Notes under the pieces: generated by a model
What the model saw: the letters and a program-made list of their open reading frames with translations, nothing else
The model's database searches: none
What the model was told of the DNA's origin: nothing
DNA from: a candidate division WOR-1 bacterium RIFOXYB2_FULL_45_9
Lineage (GTDB): Bacteria > Margulisbacteria > WOR-1 > O2-12-FULL-45-9 > XYB2-FULL-48-7
Direction of reading: 5' to 3'
DNA: 64,000 nucleotides
NCBI GenBank assembly: GCA_001771575.1
Contig: MEUD01000001.1
Location: 991,277-1,055,276, forward strand
Part shown: positions 21,652 through 29,936 of the stretch, in pieces
How the letters are laid out: every line of letters starts with the position of its first letter
How positions within the stretch are numbered: position 1 is the stretch's first letter
Position numbers and translations under genes: made by a program

Positions 21652-23343
21652 ATGAAAATTAAAAGATTCCTTGGGACCATGTTAGTTGTCGGGTTATCAC
21701 TGGTCGCTTTTACCGGTATCGCCAATGCCACCGCCGTCACTGTTTCCTGTAGCAACACAAATTCACCAGCCAACCAGATCTATAACAACACCGGCGTCGG
21801 CGGGACCCTTTTACCCTCTGGCCGCTACGTGCAACTCATCCAATCAGCCGATAACACCGCAGGAGCGCCAAACAGCTCCACCGGTCTGCCAGCTGGCGAT
21901 ACGGTCATCTCTTCCGGAACACTCTCTGCCGCAGGCAACTTTACCGGCGCCTGCAATATCACTCAAAGTAATTACATCTACATCCGGGCCTGGGACACCT
22001 GGAACGGGACCGGTACCCCTTCCGGAAACTATGGAACCTCGATCCCAAGTAGTGTCGGCACCGGTTTTGTTTTTACTTATAAACCTGCCAGCTTCGCGAC
22101 CACAACCAGCTTATCCACACCCGCCACTCCGGCAGCATTAAGCGGGCTCAACCCGGACAACGGGACCCAAGGGGTCAGCAATCTGGCGGTCATATTAACT
22201 GGGACCAATATCCAGAATGGCGCCACCGCCACGTTCAGCGGGACCGGGATCACGATCAATTCAACAACTATCAACAGCGCGACCCAGGCAACGGTTAATA
22301 TCAGTATCGCGGCCTCAGCCCCCACAGGAGGTCGGACTGTTTCTTTAACCAATCCGGGCGCTTCAGCCAGCAATACCATCGCTTTTACCGTCAACGCTTC
22401 CGGCGGGGCCAACCACGCTCCAACGGCCAATGATGTCGCCACCTCAACGCCGACCAACACCGCGGTCATCGTCAACTTTAGCGCCAGCGACCCGGACGGC
22501 AATCCCCTGACCTATTCGCTGGTCTCAAGTCCAACCCACGGTAGTTTGGGCGCTATCAGCGGCAACCAGGTCACCTACACGCCGACTGCCGGCTACACCG
22601 GCTCCGACAGCTTCACCTACCGGGCTAATGACGGAACAGCCTACTCCAACGTCGCGACGGTCAACATTACCGTTGGCTCGGCAACGCCGCCGATCCCGCC
22701 AACTCCGGGAACTTCACCGGTCATTACCAACATCTATCGCTTAGGCTCCCTGGCGACCGATCCCAACAGGGCGATGGGCCCCGCGGGGGTCAGGATCATC
22801 GTGGAAGGGACCGGCTTCCGCGACAGCGCGACCAGCGCCAGCCGCGCCCTTGAGTTCACGTCGCTGACCACCTCCTCTCTGACCGAAGGGGTCATTATTA
22901 ACTGGACCGACACGACCATTGAAGCGATCCTGCCGGCCGGCCTGTCAGCCGGGCTCTACGCCGTGGACGTCAAGGTCTCCGCCCCGTCGGCGGCCGATCC
23001 ATCGATCATTACCACCTATGTTTCGACCCCGGCCAACTTCCAGGTCACTTCTTCGGCGGCCGGAGATATCGCTCAGATCTTCCCCAACCCATTCAACCCG
23101 CTGACCGAGCAGGTCAATATTGTCGTCAGCAATACCGGCGGCGCCTCCCGCCTCGGCTATTACATTTACGATATGGCTGCCCAGCTGGTTTACAAAACGA
23201 CTTCCGGCACCAGCCAAATCGCCTGGAACGGGATCGACCAATGGGGCCAGCAGGTAGCAGACGGCGCTTATCTCTTGCGGGTTGTCAACGAAGATACCAA
23301 GAGCTTGCTCGCCAAGGGTAAGATCCTCGCGGTGAAACGGTAA
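21652..23343 (+). CDS. secreted Ig-like (Big_9/cadherin-like) protein with FlgD-Ig/T9SS type A-like CTD; paralog of 16540..19587
   Basis: SD GGAGG; near-identical N-terminal domain VTVSC..TNSPANQIYN; YTP..GYTGSDSFTY; C-terminus FPNPFNP...WNG.D..G..VADG.YL.R...GKILAVKR. Confidence 0.85.
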   Translation: MKIKRFLGTMLVVGLSLVAFTGIANATAVTVSCSNTNSPANQIYNNTGVGGTLLPSGRYVQLIQSADNTAGAPNSSTGLPAGDTVISSGTLSAAGNFTGACNITQSNYIYIRAWDTWNGTGTPSGNYGTSIPSSVGTGFVFTYKPASFATTTSLSTPATPAALSGLNPDNGTQGVSNLAVILTGTNIQNGATATFSGTGITINSTTINSATQATVNISIAASAPTGGRTVSLTNPGASASNTIAFTVNASGGANHAPTANDVATSTPTNTAVIVNFSASDPDGNPLTYSLVSSPTHGSLGAISGNQVTYTPTAGYTGSDSFTYRANDGTAYSNVATVNITVGSATPPIPPTPGTSPVITNIYRLGSLATDPNRAMGPAGVRIIVEGTGFRDSATSASRALEFTSLTTSSLTEGVIINWTDTTIEAILPAGLSAGLYAVDVKVSAPSAADPSIITTYVSTPANFQVTSSAAGDIAQIFPNPFNPLTEQVNIVVSNTGGASRLGYYIYDMAAQLVYKTTSGTSQIAWNGIDQWGQQVADGAYLLRVVNEDTKSLLAKGKILAVKR

Positions 23344-23354
23344 TGGAGGGGCAA

Positions 23355-25265
23355 ATGGAGAATATCATGAAAAACATTAAAAACATCCGGTTACTGACAA
23401 CGGTTTTTGCTTTATTGCTTACAGCTTACAGCTTACAGCTTATTTCCCCTGCCCACGCCTCCAGCTACATCGCCGAACCGACCGGCATCGCCGTCGGGGC
23501 CAGGGCCTTGAGCCTGGGCCGCGCTTATGTCGGTATCGCCGAGAACGGCGAAGCGGTCTTCGCCAACCCGGCCGGCATCGCCCTGATCACCGGTCCCAAG
23601 GTCAGCGCCATGTATTCGTCCGTCATGGGGGACGTGGGCTACAGCGTCTTGAGCGGCGCCTATCCGATCAACGATAAAGCGGCCCTGGGCCTCGGTTTTG
23701 CCAGCGCCAGGCTCTCGGGCATTCCCATTACCGATTCGACCGGCAATGTCCTCGGAACCGGGGGCTGGGGGAACCATGTCCTAACCCTCTCCTACGGCAC
23801 CTTTTTAAGCGCTTTCAATCCCAACTTTAACAAAGATATCCTGCTCGGCGCCAACCTGAAATATGTCAGCGTTGGCGGCGAAGGAACCACCGTTTCGACC
23901 GTCGGCGGGACGGCTCTCAACGCCGATCTTGGGGTCTTATTTCCGGTCAATAACCAGATCATGCTCGGGGGTGTTTTTCAGAATATCCTCGTTGGCAGTA
24001 AGCTCAACACCAGCGGCGGCTCAACCGACGACACTCTCGCCCCGGTTCTGAAGCTCGGTTCGCGCTTCAACCTGATCGGCGAAAGCGACAAGGCTTTCTT
24101 CAGCCATGCCACCCGCAAGCTCTACCTCTCCGTTGACGGCGATATCAACTTAAGCAGTAAAAAACCGTCCGCGCTTTACGCCGGTCTCGAGTTTTGGCCG
24201 GTCGAGAGCCTCGCCCTGCGCGCCGGCGCCGACAACGGCGACCTGACCGCCGGGATCGGCATCCGCTATTCCGGGGTTGAGTTCAACTACGCCTACCACC
24301 CCTATTCCGAGATCAGCGAGAACACCACTCATTACTTTTCGTTCGGTTACCTCGGCGAGGACAAAAAGCGGGAATATAACGTCCTGATCGAAAGCCCGGC
24401 CGACAAATCGATCGTCTATTCCGATAACGTCGCGGTCACCGGACGGATCGAAGGGTTCACCTCCTCCGACGCCGCCAAAAACCTGACCGTCAAGGTCAAC
24501 GACATCAACGCGGTTGTCTCCCCGGACGGTAAATTCCAGGTCAATGTCCCGGTCAACCAGTACGGCAAAAAGCTTTTGGTTGTCAAAGCTTACGATACCG
24601 AAGGAAATGCCGGGGCCAAAGACCTGCGGATCGTCCGCCTGACCTCGTTTGCCGACGTTCCCGAAGGGTACTGGGCCAAGATGCCGATCGAAAACAACGC
24701 CACCGTTGGGCTGGTCCAGGGATATCCTGACGGAAACTTCAAGCCGGAGAGGCCGCTCACCCGGGCCGAACTTGCCACCCTGTTGGTCAGAGCCAAAGGG
24801 ATTGACGTCAAGGACGATCGGGCCCGCCAGGTCTTCAAAGACGTCAAATCAGATTTCTGGGCCGCCAAGTACATTGAGATTGCTCAGCGCGAAGGGCTGG
24901 TCAAAGGTTACCCGGACAAGAGTTTCCGCCCCAATAACAAGATCAGCAAAGCTGAAGGGATCGCGGTTTTGGTCCGCTTCGACAAGCTCCCGCTGGCTGA
25001 AGCCAACGCCAAGCCATACTGGGACGTCCCCGCCTACCACTGGGCCGCCCGCTACATTGAAGCGGCCAAGTCGGCCGGGATGCTCAACTTTGTTTCCGAC
25101 AACCGTTTCAACCCGAAACAAGCGATGCTCCGCTCCCAAACTGTTGAAGTTCTTGGCAAAACTTCGCTGGCCGGCGCCAAGATCAAAGACCTGTATGAGT
25201 GGGAGAAAGGCTTTGCCCCATCAACCATCCAGGAGCGCCCGACGCTGAAGGCATCATTATATTAA
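23355..25265 (+). CDS. PorV-like beta-barrel + Ig-like + three SLH domains, paralog 2 (start 23343, 23355 or 23367)
   Basis: GARALSLGRAY...FANPAG; SLH region nearly identical to that of 19649..21559. Confidence 0.85.
   Translation: MENIMKNIKNIRLLTTVFALLLTAYSLQLISPAHASSYIAEPTGIAVGARALSLGRAYVGIAENGEAVFANPAGIALITGPKVSAMYSSVMGDVGYSVLSGAYPINDKAALGLGFASARLSGIPITDSTGNVLGTGGWGNHVLTLSYGTFLSAFNPNFNKDILLGANLKYVSVGGEGTTVSTVGGTALNADLGVLFPVNNQIMLGGVFQNILVGSKLNTSGGSTDDTLAPVLKLGSRFNLIGESDKAFFSHATRKLYLSVDGDINLSSKKPSALYAGLEFWPVESLALRAGADNGDLTAGIGIRYSGVEFNYAYHPYSEISENTTHYFSFGYLGEDKKREYNVLIESPADKSIVYSDNVAVTGRIEGFTSSDAAKNLTVKVNDINAVVSPDGKFQVNVPVNQYGKKLLVVKAYDTEGNAGAKDLRIVRLTSFADVPEGYWAKMPIENNATVGLVQGYPDGNFKPERPLTRAELATLLVRAKGIDVKDDRARQVFKDVKSDFWAAKYIEIAQREGLVKGYPDKSFRPNNKISKAEGIAVLVRFDKLPLAEANAKPYWDVPAYHWAARYIEAAKSAGMLNFVSDNRFNPKQAMLRSQTVEVLGKTSLAGAKIKDLYEWEKGFAPSTIQERPTLKASLY
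23417..23442 (+). repeat. (GCTTACA)3 heptamer tandem inside the signal-peptide codons
   Basis: Seen directly in the sequence. Confidence 0.8.
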
Positions 25266-25290
25266 GCTTTAAGCTTAAAGCTGTAAGCTA
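25264..25290 (+). repeat. AGCT-core heptamer array immediately after the stop codon
   Basis: AAGCTTTAAGCTTAAAGCTGTAAGCTA. Confidence 0.75.
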
Positions 25291-25298
25291 AAAAAAAT

Positions 25299-25328
25299 AA
25301 AAGCCCCGGGTAAACCTGGGGCTTTTTT
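25299..25328 (+). terminator. rho-independent terminator, probably bidirectional
   Basis: AAAAGCCCCGGG-TAAA-CCTGGGGCTTTTTT hairpin with A and T tracts. Confidence 0.85.
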
Positions 25329-25410
25329 GTTGTCTTTGTCCCACTCTCTGTCCCGCCCTTGCCCGAGCCCTTTGTCCCGCCTTTACTTCCGCCCTTTCCC
25401 CAAATAGCCT

Positions 25411-25437
25411 GAAATTTTTCCCATGATCCCCCGATAG
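25411..25437 (+). promoter_or_regulatory. sigma28-like promoter GAAA-N15-CCCGATAG
   Basis: Same motif and spacing; upstream of SD AGGAGG and ATG at 25478. Confidence 0.7.
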
Positions 25438-25477
25438 ATACTTGGTAGTTAATTAATATCTTTCAGGAGGAAAAACA

Positions 25478-26170
25478 ATGTCTATTAGAACAAGTTCAAT
25501 TGCTAATCACGCCCGGGTTGTTAATTTTGTCCGTCGGTTCGCCGCTCCGGCCCTTCTTCTGGCGGCTCAAACCGGCTGCGGCGAAAAATCAGCCGCGCCG
25601 ATCGACGCCAGGTGCGTCAATTTGCCGGCCACATCAGCCTGCTCAACCGCCGCCGCGCCGGCCGCGCCAACGGTAAGCGAGACCATTATCGTGACCAAAC
25701 TGGATGGAATTAAAGACCTTGTTCCAACCCTAAACACACCGCTCACCATTGGCCGACCAACCAGCCTGATTTTCTCTTTCCCTCAAGGGACCCAGGTTCC
25801 AACCGATTTTAGATTTTCCGCCCGGCTAATCGCCGCCGACGGCACCTCACCGCTCCCATTGTTTGACCAGAACGTCGGCATATCCGGCAACACCATCACC
25901 ATCCCTAATGTCACCCTTGCCGTCCGACCAGGAACTTACACCATCTCATTGATGGCTTACGACAGGAACAGCAATCTGGACAAGATCTATTCCTTGAACG
26001 ATATTAAACTGGAAGCAGCGGCAAGCGGAGCACAGCCAACCAGCACCAGCACCGTTCGTCCTCCGGTACCGACTTCAACGGGGGCTAAACCGCCCGTCAC
26101 GACAGCCGACCCATGTGCCGGAAAAACTGGCGTATTTCTGTCAGCTTGCAAAAAAGCCCAAGGAAAATAA
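25478..26170 (+). CDS. hypothetical lipoprotein-like protein with Pro/Thr tail and C-terminal DPCAGKTGVFLSAC motif
   Basis: LLLAAQTGC (Cys34); Ig-like core; C-terminal motif shared with the next gene. Confidence 0.75.
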   Translation: MSIRTSSIANHARVVNFVRRFAAPALLLAAQTGCGEKSAAPIDARCVNLPATSACSTAAAPAAPTVSETIIVTKLDGIKDLVPTLNTPLTIGRPTSLIFSFPQGTQVPTDFRFSARLIAADGTSPLPLFDQNVGISGNTITIPNVTLAVRPGTYTISLMAYDRNSNLDKIYSLNDIKLEAAASGAQPTSTSTVRPPVPTSTGAKPPVTTADPCAGKTGVFLSACKKAQGK

Positions 26171-26177
26171 GTTAATT

Positions 26178-26204
26178 GAAATTTTCCTTAAAATCCATCG
26201 ATAT
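26178..26204 (+). promoter_or_regulatory. sigma28-like promoter GAAA-N15-ATCGATAT
   Basis: Same motif and spacing within a 53-bp intergenic gap. Confidence 0.7.
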
Positions 26205-26223
26205 ATATAGGGGAGAATAGAAT

Positions 26224-27333
26224 ATGAGCTATACGTCAATAATTAATCGAGTGTCCCGAAGAATAGCCCCGATCGCTTTGTCGGCCGCCGCTCTGCTTGG
26301 CGCCTGCAACAAAGCCGCTCCCAAGAAACACGTTTCCGGACAGCTCCCCAATAGCTCTTACGCCCATATAATGGAAAGCCGCGATCTGCTGGCCCAATCA
26401 ATCTGCGGCGCGAAGGCAACCGATGGGACAACCATCGCCACAGTTCCCAACAACCCACTACTTAACACGATCCTCTCCGTCAACGGCAAACAGGTGACTT
26501 TAGCCGAGGTCGTCGCCGAGTTTGTCATTCGGGAAAGCGACCAGCGGGCCAAATTTATCGCCTTAACACCGGGCAAGCAAGCCGAAGCCATTAAAGCGGT
26601 CGCCTCAAGAATTGATCCTAACAGCGGGATCCTCGCCAAGCTTTCTCCCGAATCCCTTGCCCTGCTCACTCGCTATTGCGAAACCGGCGGGCGCCCAACG
26701 CCAACCGGCTTGATCCCTCACGTTGAAGTTGGCATTACCGACCAAATGATCGAAGAGGCCATTAGCGGCGGCGCGCCGCTGGCCGCGTCGACATCAACGG
26801 CAACGGCCCAGCTTGGACTGCGGAGTTGCGACGCCAACATCCCCTGCTCGACCAACAATATTACGCCTGGGCAAAAAATCACCGTCACCCTTATTCTTAA
26901 TGGCAAGGATCTCCCGATAAGTATTAACGATTATCTCCTTAACATCGGCAACAGCGGATTGGTCGGCATCATTAAAACAATTGAATCTCATAATGCCGGA
27001 TATACGGTCCCAGGCACCGGCCGCACCTTGGCGGCTGACGGGACCGTTTTTACGATCGAATTCACGGCTGACACAAACGTCCGGGAGCCCATCCTCCGAG
27101 CTCTCAAACTCTACGTCAAACAGCAAAACAACCAAATTGCGGTTGCCGACCAGTCGGCCTTTATCAGGGTGCTTCTTCCCAGCGCCCCCGTGGCAACAGC
27201 AACTGTCGCACCACCAACGGCAACAACTCCGCCCCCCCCACCGGCTAAGACCGCGCCACCCGCCACGACAACCGACCCATGTGCCGGAAAAACTGGCGTA
27301 TTCCTGTCAGCTTGCAAAAGAAACCAAAGGTAA
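26224..27333 (+). CDS. hypothetical lipoprotein with Pro/Thr tail and C-terminal DPCAGKTGVFLSAC motif
   Basis: Lipobox LLGAC (Cys28). Confidence 0.8.
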   Translation: MSYTSIINRVSRRIAPIALSAAALLGACNKAAPKKHVSGQLPNSSYAHIMESRDLLAQSICGAKATDGTTIATVPNNPLLNTILSVNGKQVTLAEVVAEFVIRESDQRAKFIALTPGKQAEAIKAVASRIDPNSGILAKLSPESLALLTRYCETGGRPTPTGLIPHVEVGITDQMIEEAISGGAPLAASTSTATAQLGLRSCDANIPCSTNNITPGQKITVTLILNGKDLPISINDYLLNIGNSGLVGIIKTIESHNAGYTVPGTGRTLAADGTVFTIEFTADTNVREPILRALKLYVKQQNNQIAVADQSAFIRVLLPSAPVATATVAPPTATTPPPPPAKTAPPATTTDPCAGKTGVFLSACKRNQR

Positions 27334-27345
27334 AAGGAGAAAAAA

Positions 27346-29871
27346 ATGACTACACCGTTAGAAAGGGCCCAGATAAAATCAAGTTTATATTTAATGGACG
27401 TGGTCGGCTACATTGCTAAATCAATGACCGATCTTAACTCGGAATGCGGCGGCACAACCGGCGCCAATTGCGACAACGTCTGGAACGGCGATGATCCGGC
27501 GGCCACTAACATCCCAACATTTCTAAACCCTCATCGGCGGGAATTACGGACCATTTTCCCTGATCTGCCGGTCAATCCAACCCAAGACGACATCGAAAGG
27601 GTCATTCTTAACAGATCGAACACCAACAGCGATCTAAACGATGCTGTCACGAAAATAGAGGCCTCCAGCTTGCCGGTAAGGACCAAGGCGAAATTGACCG
27701 CCGCTCTGCATCTGATTGACGTGGTCGGTTACATCGCCACCGCGATGACCAATTTACCGCAAGAGAGGGAATGCGGCGATTCTTCAGTTAATGGCAAATG
27801 CGATGAAATTTGGAACGGCGATGATCCAGCCCAAAATGTCCCGGGAAGGATTAATCCAAACGCCTTAACTGTTAGGGCCCTGTTTGAAAAAGCAAGGACC
27901 TATCAGCAAGACCAGCTCCCCGATGGCATTGAGAAAGAATACCTAACCGATCCCGCCGGGACCCGCGACCTGGAAGGGGCCCTCTGCATCGTCGATAGCG
28001 CCAGATCGACCTGCCTTACTTTTGACGGCGTCACTCCGGGAGATATTAGGCCGGGGATCGCTAAAACTTTTAGAGTGAACGGGGCGACAAATGTACCGGA
28101 AGGATCAATAGTCCAAATTCTGAACGGCGACACCATTGAAGTCGACAACATTCCACTAAATAATCTTTCATTTTCCGTTACCCTGCCAGCTACCGCGCCA
28201 TTGGGCAAACGAACGGTCAGGATCATCAGCCGCGACACCTATTTTGTCGCGACCAAAGTTGACGCGATTGAGGTCAAATCGCCTGTTTCCGCCTTTTCCG
28301 TCAATCCTGCCTCGGTTCCCGCTGACGGAGCCTCTCACAATTTTACATTAACCAGCACAGCGGCTGGAGAAGATCTGCGCCCGGTACGCAAAGTTCGGAT
28401 CACCGGCAAAGACGGCACCGTCCTGGCCGAGGTTTCGGTCACACCCGCGATGATCTCCTCCGGTAATCGGACCATCACTGTCCCAACGGTTATGCCGCGC
28501 GACTTAAGCAAATACACCAACCCCAGCGCCAATAACTATGGCGCCACGATCACTCTGATAGGGGAAGGAGACCGAGTTCTTTCATCTAATACTTTAGGCG
28601 TCACTCGGGTCGCGGTCAGCACAGGGCTCCCTTCCTGGCGGCGATATATTGGGACCGAAGATACCCCGGGAATGGTCAACCCAAGCCTTAAACTAAACCT
28701 TGGCACTGTCCCCGGAGACAGCGCTCCGGTCACCCTTGGCTCCTATTCCAACTTTGGTCTCGCCCCGGTCGCTCTGGTCCGCGTGGTCGGACCCAACGGG
28801 ATCATCGAAAGCCCGCGCCTGGAAATTGTCGCCCCTCTTCAGGGGACCTTCGCCACCGATTTTGACGGCAACCGCTTTACCGACGCCGGCGCCGGAATCG
28901 GCATCCGCTACGCTATATTCCGCGGCTTACAGCCGGGAGCCTACGTTCTGGCCAGCGGGCGCAAAACTCACGCCGAAGACTCAACCCGCCAGTTCCCGAC
29001 TGGCGACGCGACCAACGCCACTTTTGGCCTCGCCTCCAGCGGCTTTATTGGCGACCGGGCGAGCTACGGGCTCTTCCTGGAACTCGATCGCGGAGCTTTT
29101 ACTCTAAACGATATCGAAGCTTACGGCGGCAATTACGATGGGACCCGCAGAGTTGTCCGAGCCGGCGGCCAGTTCCAATTCAATCCGGTCGGCCAGTTGC
29201 GCGTGACCGCGAGCGGGGCGTTTGCCCTTTGGGGTGAGCAATCTGCCCCCGACACCCTGGCTGGACAAGACTACTATGAAAGAATTGGCGCTCAAGCATT
29301 TGGTTTAAGAGGAGATTTCCCGAGCCACGCCTGGAAACCATACGCCCTGCTCAACATTGGGCGCGAAACCCTGGGAGACGGCGACTACGCGTGGAACACG
29401 GTCGCACTGACCAGTTTTAGCGTCGGAGGTCTTTTCTCATTGGGACGACCGGAAATTTGGGCCGGTCATTTCACGCCAAATCATTATGTTGACGAAAGCA
29501 GAAATTTCCTGCAACTCTCGTATTTCCCTGAATTCGGCGAAAGCCTGCCGGTCCTAGCGCCGCTAGGAGCTCATCTGCAGATCGCCGACAATGGTGGAGG
29601 AGTGACCGGAATGCTCACCTACGATCTGGTCAGAGGGGCGACCTCCTTGTTCTATGGAAGAGAAGTCTACAAAGGACAGAGCCGGGTAGGACCATATTCC
29701 GCTCCGCTTCTGCCAATGGGAACACCGGCCAGGTACCTGACGCCAAACAGCGCCTTGCCATCATTCCAGCGGCCGCTTAACGTCCGCGGAGCCAGTGTCC
29801 CGGCCAGCATTGACGCGTCAGTCAGAGTCGGCACCCCTGCCGCCACTGCGCCTGAAAAAAAAAGCCAGTAG
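27346..29871 (+). CDS. hypothetical protein: duplicated Cys-containing N-terminal repeat, Ig-like domains, beta-barrel-like region; probably continues into 29937..30530 through an A9 frameshift
   Basis: Two copies of L.L.DVVGYIA..MT.L..ECG.....CD..WNGDDPA; alternating Gly/aromatic beta strands in the C-terminal half. Confidence 0.75.
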   Translation: MTTPLERAQIKSSLYLMDVVGYIAKSMTDLNSECGGTTGANCDNVWNGDDPAATNIPTFLNPHRRELRTIFPDLPVNPTQDDIERVILNRSNTNSDLNDAVTKIEASSLPVRTKAKLTAALHLIDVVGYIATAMTNLPQERECGDSSVNGKCDEIWNGDDPAQNVPGRINPNALTVRALFEKARTYQQDQLPDGIEKEYLTDPAGTRDLEGALCIVDSARSTCLTFDGVTPGDIRPGIAKTFRVNGATNVPEGSIVQILNGDTIEVDNIPLNNLSFSVTLPATAPLGKRTVRIISRDTYFVATKVDAIEVKSPVSAFSVNPASVPADGASHNFTLTSTAAGEDLRPVRKVRITGKDGTVLAEVSVTPAMISSGNRTITVPTVMPRDLSKYTNPSANNYGATITLIGEGDRVLSSNTLGVTRVAVSTGLPSWRRYIGTEDTPGMVNPSLKLNLGTVPGDSAPVTLGSYSNFGLAPVALVRVVGPNGIIESPRLEIVAPLQGTFATDFDGNRFTDAGAGIGIRYAIFRGLQPGAYVLASGRKTHAEDSTRQFPTGDATNATFGLASSGFIGDRASYGLFLELDRGAFTLNDIEAYGGNYDGTRRVVRAGGQFQFNPVGQLRVTASGAFALWGEQSAPDTLAGQDYYERIGAQAFGLRGDFPSHAWKPYALLNIGRETLGDGDYAWNTVALTSFSVGGLFSLGRPEIWAGHFTPNHYVDESRNFLQLSYFPEFGESLPVLAPLGAHLQIADNGGGVTGMLTYDLVRGATSLFYGREVYKGQSRVGPYSAPLLPMGTPARYLTPNSALPSFQRPLNVRGASVPASIDASVRVGTPAATAPEKKSQ

Positions 29872-29936
29872 ATAGGCCGGCTCCCGCGCCAATCAGCACA
29901 AGCGCCCCGGTTAGCCCACTGCCGCCGCGGCCGACC

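Noticed and set aside
27232-27239. C8 homopolymer as a phase-variation site
   Set aside because: It is in frame within a poly-Pro linker and explained by proline codons; no evidence of disruption
26106-27319. Near-identical repeat pair as a diversity-generating retroelement TR/VR
   Set aside because: Only one T/C difference, no adenine-specific pattern and no reverse transcriptase in the window
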